NCBI RefSeq assembly: GCF_001194135.2
Contig: NC_069007.1
Coordinates: 11,110,434-11,174,433, forward strand
Origin: Octopus bimaculoides
Lineage: Eukaryota
Length of the DNA: 64,000 nt
Direction of reading: 5' to 3'
Shown: positions 11,985 through 24,944 of the stretch, in pieces
Numbering within the stretch: the stretch's first letter is position 1
Layout of the letters: each line of letters starts with the position of its first letter
Notes under the pieces: generated by a model
What the model was told of the DNA's origin: nothing
What the model saw: only the letters and a program-made list of their open reading frames with translations
Database searches by the model: none
Position numbers and translations under genes: made by a program

Positions 11985-12843
11985 TTTTTGTCTGTCCCCT
12001 CTATGTATCCTATTTATTAGGAATAAAAAGAAAATCTTTGTTGCAGACCTCTTAAGGTCTAGCCACTGACCACACAAGTCACAGCCAGTTGCAGCGACAA
12101 CACCCATCCAACAGCAAAACGCCCAGGTTTCAACACAGTACTGTTCATGAATTATACTTCCTCATGGTTTAACAGCAAAGATACAACCTGCGAGCCAGAC
12201 GACAGCACCCGTCCAACAGCATTACGACAATCTCTTTCTTCGTCGTCAGCATCATCTCTCGTCATAAACGTCGTCAACATCATCTCTCTACTTACACAGC
12301 AATAATGCACAGGTTTCTACACAGTACTGTTCGTGAATTATACTTTACCATGGTTAACCGCGAATATACAACCTGCGAGAACGGTACTATGTAACCCAGG
12401 CAGCAGCATTACAGCCACAACTTCATACGACATGTACTGAAACTCCGGCTCTGCATCATCGCCACAACTTCTTGATACAGTATTTCGATCACCGTGTACA
12501 ATTGACTACGAGCTGGTATTTCTCATTCTTGTGTCTATGAACATTCGTCTAACTTCTCACTATAGACTCTCACTGTCATTGCTATTCTTATATGTACTTA
12601 ACGCACACGCATACATACATGCCTACACACCCATACACTTTGTTCTCATGACGGCCTGTTTATTATTCTGTATACATGATACACACACAGACACGCAAGT
12701 TAACATATTAATAAGTTTTCTCTCAAACATTCTACTTGATTGTGTCTCTCTCTTTTCCAACTGGCACATTATATTTAGTATTCCAGCCTTCTAAACAGAG
12801 CCGTTATTAGATGGTTTCACCACACTTCCATGACCATCTAAAG
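11985..12843 (+). mobile_element. Probable 5' LTR of the adjacent Gypsy element (boundaries uncertain)
   Basis: Lies directly upstream of the primer-binding site; contains AATAAA near 12022 and an internal 70-bp direct repeat (12124..12194 and 12310..12379). No 3' LTR is present to confirm the ends. Confidence 0.4.
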
Positions 12844-12844
12844 T

Positions 12845-12858
12845 TGGTGACCCGACGT
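12845..12858 (+). other. LTR-retrotransposon primer-binding site complementary to tRNA-Trp
   Basis: TGGTGACCCGACGT versus the tRNA-Trp 3' complement TGGTGACCCCGACGT; located just before gag. Confidence 0.75.
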
Positions 12859-14718
12859 AGAACACGCAGCATGGTCCACCATCTAAAATGGTGAACCGAC
12901 TTAGAACACGCACCACACCACAATCTTGAAGCGAGACGAAGGAGAAACAGATAACAAACATGCGCACGCGTAGATAATTCCTAACATTGAAGTGGATAAT
13001 GTTTACAGCAAAAGAGCGTACGGATGCATTGACTTAATAATGTCTTGCAGACTGCAATGTGAGTTTCAAATTTTGAATGGAGATTCATCATCACAATGTT
13101 ATTGTAAACGAATGAAACCACATGGAGGAAAATTGGATGAATTATGTGAAACGTTTAAGATCTTTTGCAGCCAACGATGAGGAAGACTACAGTAAGAAAC
13201 GAACAATACTATTGTCTGAGTTGATGTAAAGTTTATTAAATTCTTTGTGGTCTAACCAATGATAAACCAGGTGAAAAAAGCATTTGACGAACTCTCTTTG
13301 CTCACGGAGTAACGCCCTCCACCAATGAAATTCATGAAGAGATTTTTCACCATTTTAGAGTCAGAACAGACCAACAAACCGTCAGCCAGTATGTTTCAAC
13401 ACTTTGAAGAAAACATCCGGTTTGAATAAATATAACAACAACGACTCCTCACAGAAAAGACACTGACCGCTGATAATCGAATAAACCACAAAACATTCCA
13501 GGAACATCCTGAATGTGCAAGTTTTACTAGATGAAAACTCCATTCATAAACTGCCAGGGAAATGCAAATGCTACCGTTGTTGAAATACCTTCAATCTGTG
13601 TGTCCTTTTAAAAATAAGTTATGTTTCCGCTGCATGTATATCGGACATACACGCTGAAAATGTAGGCAGTCCGGTGAGAAAAAGAAGGATCGCATAAAAA
13701 CTTTAGTGAATCACATAAATGAGAAGATGGTTGGTGAAAGGTGGGACAAATAAAACAATGGAAATGTTGGAACTGTATGCAATGGGTGGCTCATGCTCAC
13801 TGCTGGTACAGATGAAAGCATTGGTGAATAATCGGTGATGGATGTAGGTACAGATGCTTAGTGAAGAATTTGAAGAATTTCAAGAAACTGCATGATTTGG
13901 GTTTGCAAGAGTTGTCGGTAAGGTTAATGACGTAAATGGGAGAGTTGGCGAAACCGTGTGGTATGAGTGACGTTGATGTGTTGCACAAAGGAAGGGAAAG
14001 CCGGTGACCACAACTGGTTGTTGAAGGCATGGTTCCCACGCTGTTGGGTAGAAATTGGATGATGAAAGTAAATTAAAATTAGGGAGACATATTTCTTTTG
14101 ATAGGGAAAAAGATGCCATTTACATCGAAAGTGTTTCTAGTGGAATTTGGATCAATATTTAGCGGCAAGGTAGCTGCTAAAAGGATTTTTAGGAAAAGTC
14201 ACCTGTTGATAAGACAGCAACATCACGATTCTGTAAAGTTCGTCCTGTGCCTTATTCATTAAAAGAGCTGAGTACGCTCGTTGGGCTTTATGCGTTGTTC
14301 CAATTCCCATAGAAGATTACTGGTACTGTTAAATTATGTGGGGACTATAAAAGAACCACAAATACGTCTGCACCTTGTGACGCATATCAAACCGCACGAC
14401 TTGAGGATTTATTGTTTACCGTAGAAGGATATGAAAATCTAGCAAACTTCATTTGAATTATGTATGCCAGTAACTTGATTTCGACGACAAAACACAAGAA
14501 CTGCATTTTATTAATGCTGAGAGTGGTCTTTACCAATGCACTCACTTGCAATTCGAGGTACAGGTATCTTCAATGGGAAATGGATAAAAGGCTGAAGTAT
14601 ATTCCCTTCTGTACAATGTGGATAGATGATGTTTCAGGAATTAGTGATACTGGTCACATTATGACTCCTCGCAGAGCATTGGATAAAGCAGGACTTAAAT
14701 TAAACACTCACAACGCCC
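12859..14718 (+). mobile_element. Decayed Ty3/Gypsy (Mag-like) LTR retrotransposon gag-protease-RT, 3'-truncated
   Basis: gag NWMNYVKRLRSFAAND..KKRTILLS; protease region PTLLGRNWM; RT RFCKVRPVPYSLKE, GTVKLCGDYKRTTN, RLEDLLF, WIDDV (YLDD equivalent), LDKAGLKLN; many stops and frameshifts. Confidence 0.85.
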
Positions 14719-14721
14719 GGT

Positions 14722-14905
14722 CTAAAGCTCCACGAGGCTCCGGCAGGGGGTGGTGGCGAACCCTGCTGTACCCTTCCTCTCACTCTTTCTTCCTGTTTCT
14801 GTTGTACCTGTATGTCAAAGGGCCAGCCTTGTCACACACTATGTCACTCTGAATCTCTCCAAGAACCACCTGGAACCCGCGTCGTCGTAACCGACGTAGT
14901 TCCAC
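14722..14905 (+). mobile_element. Internally deleted SINE fragment that truncates the Gypsy element
   Basis: aagctccacgaggctccggcaggggg...ccttgtcacac..gtcgtcgtaaccgacg matches 39180..39450. Confidence 0.75.
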
Positions 14906-16929
14906 TAAATATATATATATATTGTGTCTAGGGAGAAACCTTATACCAATATAATTAATACATACGCTTCAATTTCACTCATTTATTAAATATCTGGTTG
15001 TTTTTGTTTGTCAAAGCTCTTGCAACGAAAGAACTTTATATAATATATAATATGTGTGCGTGTATGTGTGTATTCCAGCAGAGAAAGGGATATGAAATGA
15101 GCTTGGAACTGATGTGGAGAGGGAGTGGCCATTTTGATGCACGGCTTAATGAGAAACGAGTTGTGTTGCAGATTCAGCATTATTTTGCTGCCTCCAAGGA
15201 AGCGTAAAATGGGGTTGAATTATGCGAAACATTCATATTTTAGACTATTTTCATGAAAAATATCCTTTCTGACAAAGAAATATTCATAGAGACGATGGGC
15301 TCTGAGCCTGACTCAGTAGGAACGGTTGAGAATTAGATAGGCTTAGAAAAGATATCATAATATTAATAACTTAGCTGGTTCTTTAGTGTAGCTCTGTCCC
15401 TGGTATAATTACAATTTCTTGGTTCCAATGAATCGTATATAAACAGTGGAAATAAATACAAAAAAAAAAAAAGAGTTGCAACTAACTGCTACATTTTATT
15501 CAACCGCTGAATGAATCGGTGCTGCAAACGTTGATACATCTTGAATGATGATGTCTGAAGAAAATATACATATTTGTATCTCATTCAGAACAGGAACAGA
15601 AGTACATGACATGACTTCAACAGAGCGCTCTGTTTATAAGCGTAATGGCCACATGTAATGCGTCAAGGCTACTAGGAAATCACTCTCCTCTCTTTATCGA
15701 GATCCGAACTCAACCATGTCTACCAACCTCACTGAAGAAAAGTGAGTGCTATCTAAGCATGCAGGTAGATTCCAGCGAGCAAACATAATATTGTCGCGTA
15801 GGTTGGTCTGTCACGTATTGGGAATGGATAGACCTTGTAAAACCAGGACTCAATCGCTGTGTACACCATCACGTGGCCAGGTCATTCGACCACTTGTAGA
15901 AAACACTGCGTTCGAGCCAATCTCCCTATATTTAAGGCTAGGCAGCCGAATGATGAACACTTCTGCTGCAATACTTTTAAGAACTACAGTTAATGTTACA
16001 ATTAGCGTAGTTTAACAGTTATATTTATTACTCACTCCTTTAAGCTTAGAATACAAATAAATACCACCCTAACCGAAAACCCAATGGAAATTTTTTTTAT
16101 ATAAATAAGAATTCCAATCACGTGCTAATTGTTTTACGAAATTTAATTCCTGATATTGGTAAATGTACGTATTTCTTAAGTTTTCTGGTGAAGCCACGTT
16201 TATGAATTCTCCATTAAGTTAATGAAGATCTTCGCAATAATGGCCTTTCAGATAGAATACAATATATTACCCACGCTACTGTCTAAAAGTAAGAATAGAC
16301 CAAGATACATTCTGTGGTATAATCTAATCAGTTGAAGTGCAAGAATAAAATGTCCTTAACGTAAGCACTTTTCAATTTTCGATAACACAAAAGTAGTGTG
16401 TGAGAGCATTTCTTTTTATAAGCAAACATAAAAGCATCGAGTGAGTAGATATTTGTGTCAGGAATCGTTTAAGCTCAGTGGTACAAAAGTGCTCAGCAAG
16501 ATTTTGAGGGTAAAGAGTTTGATTCTATGTAGCAGCTGCTAGCCAATATTTTCCTGTCTGTTGCTTGATATGCAAAAGATTATTTTTACAGCTATTTTCC
16601 TGCATTCTAGCTTTCCTTGATTTCTATCAATAGTAATATTTCAATTTTCATATTGGGTTAATTGAAAACAAATTGGATTTGCGATGATACTTCATATCCA
16701 TTTTTTTGAGCTTCAAAAATGTTTTTTCGTTTTAAAAAAAGTTTATCCAACTACATTTGGTTTCTTAATTTAGTCCATTCAAGTTCAAAGTAAAATAATT
16801 TATTTGTGGTCACTGTCGTTTAAGTAAGCATTACCTCCTTCCAATAGAACATACGTTGCAAATTGTTTAATTCTGAAGCTCCAACTCATTAGTGTATCAT
16901 TTCTGTTGAATGCATTTGTCTTAAAAAAA

Positions 16930-17935
16930 ACAGATACCCAAAACTGCAGCACCAAGCGCTTCAACTGGTCGCATACCACAAGGTTTAACAGAATCTACTG
17001 AAGCCAACATGCTCGCAGCATTACCACAGGCGATGGCGAGGCTAGGGCATTGGGAAAGCCAAGCGCCTTCACGTGCTTCGCCTGACCTCGGTGAGGCGAG
17101 CTGCCAACGTTGACAAGAACTTCGTAGTTAGTGGCCCAGTCCCTCCTAACGTCTCAAACGCCACAGGTTGGAAGAGATAGTTCACTGTCAGATCCCGATA
17201 CTTCAAGGTTTTTTTCCGTTCGGCTCCGGAAGCAGTGACCCTCCCATTAAGTGCAGCATCCAAGACATGGGAGGAAGCAAAGGAGTCGCAGAGTGAAGCG
17301 ATCAGCATTCAGGCGGTAAGACAGACTGTGAAGACCTGTAGGGTTGAGGGGCTTACCACAGCAGCATCTCAGTCCCCTACAGATGTCAGCTCCCACTCTG
17401 AGTGCAATGGAGATGCGGAATTCATCTAGACTGAGTAGACCTCTAATGTTGGCCCGGGCAGGGCATCAAACCAGTTCCCCGAGAATTTTGCTCTAGAAAG
17501 TAGGTGACACCTCGAAAATTGATCAGATCGATCAAGGAGAGAGTTGAAAGTGGCACCTGAACGCAGATTGTCCTATTGTTTCCGTCTATCCTCAGTTGTA
17601 ATAGGAACTGACAAACCCAGCTCTCTCCACTGTAACTGAGCTTCATCCATCTCACTGTTGGAATTAATCCATATTGGAGAGAGGAAGATGTTGCCTACCG
17701 AAGGGGGGGCAAGCGTGGATGGAGGAAAGAAAACAGGGAAGAGATAAAGACGAGCATTTGCGCAGGCATAGACCCCCCAAACCGTTTGGTCAAAGCAGCC
17801 TGGTCGCGGGACTCTGGGGAAGAGTTTGACATTGACCAAGCATTCTAGTTTGCTGAAGATTAGGTCGTCAAAGTACTGGTGGGACGACATGAATTTATAT
17901 GAGGGACTAACTCTCAGAAAATACAATAGCTTAGG
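16930..17935 (-). mobile_element. CRE-like non-LTR retrotransposon, 3' part (RT C-terminus and RLE)
   Basis: SLCDSFASSH..AERKKTLKYRDL..FQPVAFETLGGTGP..FLSTLAARL..WLSQ..SLAIACGNAASML is the CRE-clade RLE terminus; upstream RFGGLCLRKCSSLSLPCFLSSIHAC. Confidence 0.8.
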
Positions 17936-18729
17936 AATTGACGAGTAATTCCTAAGTAAAAAGAGAAAAGAAAAANNNNNNNNNNNNNNNNNNNNNNNNN
18001 NNNNNNNNNNNNNNNNNNNNNNNNNNNNNNNNNNNNNNNNNNNNNNNNNNNNNNNNNNNNNNNNNNNNNNNNNNNNNNNNNNNNNNNNNNNNNNNNNNNN
18101 NNNNNNNNNNNNNNNNNNNNNNNNNNNNNNNNNNNNNNNNNNNNNNNNNNNNNNNNNNNNNNNNNNNNNNNNNNNNNNNNNNNNNNNNNNNNNNNNNNNN
18201 NNNNNNNNNNNNNNNNNNNNNNNNNNNNNNNNNNNNNNNNNNNNNNNNNNNNNNNNNNNNNNNNNNNNNNNNNNNNNNNNNNNNNNNNNNNNNNNNNNNN
18301 NNNNNNNNNNNNNNNNNNNNNNNNNNNNNNNNNNNNNNNNNNNNNNNNNNNNNNNNNNNNNNNNNNNNNNNNNNNNNNNNNNNNNNNNNNNNNNNNNNNN
18401 NNNNNNNNNNNNNNNNNNNNNNNNNNNNNNNNNNNNNNNNNNNNNNNNNNNNNNNNNNNNNNNNNNNNNNNNNNNNNNNNNNNNNNNNNNNNNNNNNNNN
18501 NNNNNNNNNNNNNNNNNNNNNNNNNNNNNNNNNNNNNNNNNNNNNNNNNNNNNNNNNNNNNNNNNNNNNNNNNNNNNNNNNNNNNNNNNNNNNNNNNNNN
18601 NNNNNNNNNNNNNNNNNNNNNNNNNNNNNNNNNNNNNNNNNNNNNNNNNNNNNNNNNNNNNNNNNNNNNNNNNNNNNNNNNNNNNNNNNNNNNNNNNNNN
18701 NNNNNNNNNNNNNNNNNNNNNNNNNNNNN

Positions 18730-19359
18730 AGGGACGCCTGAGGCAAGATGGCTACCGAAAACACCCACAAGATGTGGCACAAATATATACAATTGTGAGA
18801 TACATGCATGCATGTACAAAAGAATTGACATTGACAAACAACCGTGATGACAACTGTCCAGGAAACTGGAATCACGCGATGTAAAGTCTGATTTTTTTTT
18901 CCTGAAAAGAAAGAAAATGTTCAATAGGAAAAACACTGAATTTTTCCAATGAAACACAATAAGTTAAACATAAATAGTCTTTGCCAGTTTCTTTGGCCAA
19001 TGCACTGTCCTGCCAGATCTAGTGACATAAGGGTCACTNNNNNNNNNNAGTTTCTTTGGCCAATGCACTGTCCTGCCAGATCTAGTGACATAAGGGTCAC
19101 TTGAGTTTCGTCGCAACGACGAAGGTGGAGTGATTTCCGGTGTATGTTCTTGCGATTGTGTTGATGTATGGATTGGTAAAAATGTTGACAGTGGTGTGTG
19201 TGGTGGTAATGATGTTGACAGTGGTGTGTGCGGTGTTTGAAAAACGGGCACGTCGTCCACGGAAGTTGAGGGTTTTTCAAGGTACGCTCTTTTCAGACGG
19301 TCGACAGACACAACCTCTGTACGACCATTAGCGTCGATCTGGAAAAACTTTGGAGTGCG
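18730..19359 (-). mobile_element. Gypsy-type integrase C-terminus and 3' region inserted into the CRE element
   Basis: ORF 18964..19311 MSVDRLKRAYL...YVTRSGRTVHWPKKL matches the SxDRLKxAY and TRSGR motifs at the end of Gypsy pol. Confidence 0.7.
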
Positions 19360-19554
19360 NNNNNNNNNNCATGTGAGAGAGCTCTGTTGGACGTCTTGGC
19401 TCGACGGAGATCAGTCAACGAAGAGAATGAAAAGAGCGGGAACGTTTTAGAAGTTGAACTCTGCGCATGAGACTCTTCTCGTGTTCCTTCCGGAACTAGT
19501 CCCTGCGCATGCGTGGATAAGCTTTCCGTAAAGTGAACAATAATAGTCGTCTCC

Positions 19555-20170
19555 TATTAGAGCGTCATTACAAAGGTTTTTAAAGTTATTCGAGGTTAGC
19601 CATTTTGGATTGAAAGTTGGACTCGAAAGCTAGGTCAGTAATTGGCGCTCAGAGGGAGCACCACATTGATGAAGGAGGATTTGCGATTGAGTGGAGGGAG
19701 TCAATAGTTTAGTAGTCTGCTAATGTGAGGCTGGGTGGTTAAGGAGCCAGAGCTCGCATTTAGAGCCGCTAACGCTAAGACTTTTAAGACCAAGTTCCTT
19801 GATCATCATCCTTGTAGTTGCAAGTACCTTGTTAGGAGAGCCTCTCAAACAAGCATCATCGAGGGACCAGACACTTAGGTCTAGGTCAGCTCCCATCTTG
19901 GTAATATTATCAATACCTAATGCGAATAGGGTTACCAGAGGAAGATGGGATGAAATGATCACCAAAGGAGAGGTAGGAGGGCTCCCGATAGGCTTGCGAA
20001 ACAAAGTGATGACGTCCCGACTGATGAGTTGACTCCCCTAGAATGTGATGGAGGTGGTGGGGAGCGAGAGAACGAAGGCTGGTAGGGTGTGACGAAATCT
20101 TTAAACCATGCTGGTCTCCTGGTTACTTGTTGCATGGCTCAAAGCTTTTTAATTAATTGATTAATTTTAT
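19555..20170 (-). mobile_element. CRE-like element, RT core (5' part of the element at 16930..17935)
   Basis: ORF 19720..20004 LFALGIDNI..LSVWSLDDACLRGSPNKVL..MIKEL..SVSGSKCEL follows the CRE RT pattern LFALGID..NVWYLDD.TLGG...V..SKCE. Confidence 0.8.
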
Positions 20171-21804
20171 TTTGTTTTTCCTCCTCTTCAACGGACTGTC
20201 AATTCAAAATCCACCCAGGCCATTGTGTAGCAGAAGTGCGATAATAGAAAGGGGAGGGGGTGAAAACAACGAAGAGGAAAAATGAAACTGAAGAATTTGA
20301 GGTGTACCAAAATTAAATAGCAGAAAAAAAAAACTAAAGAAATGAACAAACACAAAGGTACAAAAAGGAACAAAAGAAAATTACAAAAGTTAACAAAACA
20401 ATGTATAAGCACCGACATTCATAAGCGTCACCTCAGTTCCTTTTTNNNNNNNNNNNNNNNNNNNNNNNNNNNNNNNNNNNNNNNNNNNNNNNNNNNNNNN
20501 NNNNNNNNNNNNNNNNNNNNNNNNNNNNNNNNNNNNNNNNNNNNNNNNNNNNNNNNNNNNNNNNNNNNNNNNNNNNNNNNNNNNNNNNNNNNNNNNNNNN
20601 NNNNNNNNNNNNNNNNNNNNNNNNNNNNNNNNNNNNNNNNNNNNNNNNNNNNNNNNNNNNNNNNNNNNNNNNNNNNNNNNNNNNNNNNNNNNNNNNNNNN
20701 NNNNNNNNNNNNNNNNNNNNNNNNNNNNNNNNNNNNNNNNNNNNNNNNNNNNNNNNNNNNNNNNNNNNNNNNNNNNNNNNNNNNNNNNNNNNNNNNNNNN
20801 NNNNNNNNNNNNNNNNNNNNNNNNNNNNNNNNNNNNNNNNNNNNNNNNNNNNNNNNNNNNNNNNNNNNNNNNNNNNNNNNNNNNNNNNNNNNNNNNNNNN
20901 NNNNNNNNNNNNNNNNNNNNNNNNNNNNNNNNNNNNNNNNNNNNNNNGATAGAAATAAACACTACATAGTGTAGTAGTAGTACTACCGCTAGGGTATCTG
21001 TAGAAAGTTGAAATTGATTTCGGAATATAACGAGGAAAAATTCGGATCTTGGGAATTTTCCGAAAGTCCTCTCCTCACCTAAAGATTTCCCCCATAAATT
21101 ACTTTATAATCGTAATGTATGCCGTTTGAAAGGTATTTATATAAAATTTCATTGAAAAAACCCCCATTTTCCTAAAAGTTACAAGGGAACAACTCAGATC
21201 GTGTAAGTTTTCCGACGTCCTCTCTTCCCTCCCGTTACTTTGCGCGCATTTTTTTTTCATATTCGTTTCCTACATATATTTTTACACCCATTGCACTATT
21301 TTTTTTTCTGATTTTCGTTTCCAGGTCAAGTTGTAAACATTAACCATAAACATTATTATTGTTATTATTAATTTAACTTAAGTAATTTAAATACCGTGTG
21401 ATTGGTGTTTGTTTTGTTTGTGAGTGGCGTGTATAAAGAGAGGCGTGTATATGTGTAGAGATGGTGTGTGTATATGCATATATGATATGTGTTTGTATCA
21501 ATACCTACAGCACTCTTTAAAAGTGAAACCAAAAGAGACCCTAGACCTTCGAACAAAAACAGATGACCCTGACAGAACCACCGCAAAAACTGATGATCTC
21601 GTACGCACCGTCGCAATGACTCTCCACGCTCGACAACCATCTTTCGCAATGATTGAATCTCGCGCATATAGAGAAGATCAAGTACACCTTCGAACAACGA
21701 ACCTTCCACAAATCCTGAATGAATATTGATGCCTTGTCGCCTCAATTACTGCCACATACTGTGCACATTTTTTACCATTGAAAAATTCAAATGCAGAGGG
21801 TTAT

Positions 21805-21868
21805 TTTTCTTATCGCTGATTTTTCGGTTCAAGTCATTTTCTTATCGCTGATTTTTCGGTTCAAGTCA
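21805..21868. repeat. Exact 32-bp tandem duplication
   Basis: ttttcttatcgctgatttttcggttcaagtca twice. Confidence 0.9.
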
Positions 21869-22050
21869 GTTTTCGACGTTCAAGTATTACCGACTGCCCT
21901 CCACTAATTTGGTCTTCCAAGCGTCCTCGATAAAGAATGAAATTAACTTAGCAAATACCTTGTGGAAGTTATACTTTTATCTTTTGCGTGTTGGGAATAG
22001 CGTTAGATTGCAGCCAAGTATTGGTGAATGGCTAAGGACTTAATCCATTA

Positions 22051-22274
22051 CAGTAATCCCTCGACTATCGCGGGTGTTACGTTCTCAAAGTCCCCGCGAT
22101 AGGTGACAATCCAGGAAGTAGAAACAGTACTATACTGTATATATTTTTAAAATTATCTTAATAATTTGCATGTATTTATTTTATTATAAATGCAAAACAA
22201 CACCACGGAGGAATCGACGTAAGCTTAGATAATAAACTGCGATAGGTGAACCGCGATATGGCGAGGGATTACTG
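22051..22274. mobile_element. pogo/Tigger-type MITE, 224 bp
   Basis: TIRs cagtaatccctcgactatcgcgg and ccgcgatatggcgagggattactg; TA on the left flank, TT on the right. Confidence 0.85.
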
Positions 22275-24780
22275 TTTTCCCAGATCAGTTTGTCGTAATG
22301 GAGAAAACTTGTAACCATCCCAGTTTTATTGGTCAGGCATGATGAGGTGTGATTTGAGGGAGATTTGCTTATTACAGCTGGTTATACGTAGCATAGACAC
22401 CTTCAACCTTCATGACAATTTTATCGCCATCATTATCATTAAACGTCCGTTTTCCATGCTTGGCAAATGGAACTTGAACTTACATGTCACAACTGCCCTT
22501 AAGACAAATGTATTCAACAGAAATAATGCACTAATGAGTTGGAACTTCAGAATAAGTTTTACTTGGTAATATTTTATTCTCCAAAAATGGTTATAATTTT
22601 TGGAATTGGCACGAAAAACTGCAATTATGTAGATATTTTCAGTGAAACTGGATTGTATAAAAAAAAAAAAAGAAGTTTTTGAGAGAGATTTTTACCCCAT
22701 TTTATTTCAAGATTTGCATATCTTAAATGGAAGATCTGAATAGTAAGGTTCATGTCAACACGCCTCCAAATGTTTTGCAACTATCAAAGCTTCTAATGGT
22801 TAATCTCTGATCTTTTTAACGATTGGATTTTTCGAACCCATTTTTTTCGGAGAGTTTTCGTCGTCTATTTTTGCCCTTTTAGTGATTGCCCTTGCACAAT
22901 TAGGCCTTCTTTCACGCCAGCCTTTACAAGTTTTCTTTTTATCTGTCTTCCTTAAATATATTTTTCCTTTTCTTTCTANNNNNNNNNNNNNNNNNNNNNN
23001 NNNNNNNNNNNNNNNNNNNNNNNNNNNNNNNNNNNNNNNNNNNNNNNNNNNNNNNNNNNNNNNNNNNNNNNNNNNNNNNNNNNNNNNNNNNNNNNNNNNN
23101 NNNNNNNNNNNNNNNNNNNNNNNNNNNNNNNNNNNNNNNNNNNNNNNNNNNNNNNNNNNNNNNNNNNNNNNNNNNNNNNNNNNNNNNNNNNNNNNNNNNN
23201 NNNNNNNNNNNNNNNNNNNNNNNNNNNNNNNNNNNNNNNNNNNNNNNNNNNNNNNNNNNNNNNNNNNNNNNNNNNNNNNNNNNNNNNNNNNNNNNNNNNN
23301 NNNNNNNNNNNNNNNNNNNNNNNNNNNNNNNNNNNNNNNGCGGATTAATATTTAAAAATACCTTTTATTTTTGTAGAATCAGATTCTCCGTACTCGAAAA
23401 TGGGGGATTCTATAAATTCTTTCTCAAATTCTTTCTCACCATCTCTTCCCTTATTTTGGGAACCACAATTACATTGTTAACCAACAAGATTCTTTCGTCT
23501 GACTATTTAAGCATCTTTACTCTAATACTTCTAAATATCTTTCCTGTGTTTCGTTTTTTCATAATTATCCGACGATCGGAACCGAAGAACTCAGAGTAAT
23601 GGTATGTGAAGTTTCAGCTTCCATTGAAATACGCAAACGCCCCACGATGAGCAACAGGATAATTACATCTACCGTCTGTCGCACACCTACAACTGCTGTC
23701 ACGATCATAAGATCTTTGGAAGTGATAGTGTATCATCGTCACTGACACGCTTGGTATCCGAATGCCACGACAACCGCCACCCGAGATTCACAAGCTGTTG
23801 GTGAAGACACCCACACAGTAATGGTGTGCAGTGGTGTTGCACATTTTCCAGAATCATTCTTTTCCCAGTGATGGAGACAAATCTAGTGGCAGGGGTGATT
23901 CAATTCGATTGGTATCTCCTCTCAGCTGCCAAAGGTTACAGGAAACCGCCTGAAGCCTGACCGTCACATCTTGTTTCTTTCCTTCTCAGAATGTACTCTT
24001 TCAGCCTTTGGAAATACTTCCTTTTGTACTCTCCCATAAACTTTAAAAAAAAAATTATTACAAATGGTGGAAAATTGATTTCCTACCATGTCTTATAATA
24101 GTAATAATGATGAGAAAGTCATAAAAATTAAGAATTTCTATCATAAAAAGCTTCATTTCTCTATTATGTATATTCATGTCCCAGTTTGCTAATGTTAAGG
24201 CCTAAATTGCCTGACTCTACGAAATTTGCCTAACCTTGGGACATAAATACACATAATACAGAAACGAAGTTTATTTAATAGAATTTTTCAAATTTTTATC
24301 ACTTTCTCGTCATTATTGTTATAAGACATGTTAAGAAATCAATTTTCCACCATGTGTAATATCAATAAAAAGAAAATCTACAGGGGTGTACAAAAGGAAG
24401 TCTTTTCCACAAGGCAACACGTTTGTGTTGACAAGTTGTTTGTAGTATGGCCAAGGACCCCTATCTACTCCTTTCCTCTACAGATATTCTTAGAAGTAGG
24501 GATCTATTTAGCCCTAAAGTGCTTTTGCAGGGCTTTTTGATCATCATTTTGATTATTTCTATGACCCCACCCCACTCCACCTCGCCCTATCTCTACAGTG
24601 TCGTTGATCCTTTATCGGGTTCATCGACCCTTTTGACAGCTCTTTCTTTTGCCCAGATGGATTTCTGGCAACTTTCCTCGCCTGGGTAGCATGGTTCTCG
24701 GTGAGTGCGGTGTGTTGCTTTAGTTGCTGACGACCCATTCATGTCACAGGTTCTATTCCGTTATGTTGTTACCAGCACCA

Positions 24781-24896
24781 GTCACACACACATACACACA
24801 CACACACTCGTATATAAGTGTATAGGTGTGACTGCCTCCTCGGCTTTTTGTGTACGTCTATATGTGTGCGTGTGTGGGTATCTGTGCATTTATGTG

Positions 24897-24944
<48 letters not shown>

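Noticed and set aside
18986-19101. 53-bp direct repeat across a 10-N gap
   Set aside because: Identical sequence on both sides of a 10-N placeholder is a contig-overlap artefact.
23560-23990. CpG-containing segment with partly open frames
   Set aside because: Stops occur in all frames and no domain motif was recognised; left unassigned.
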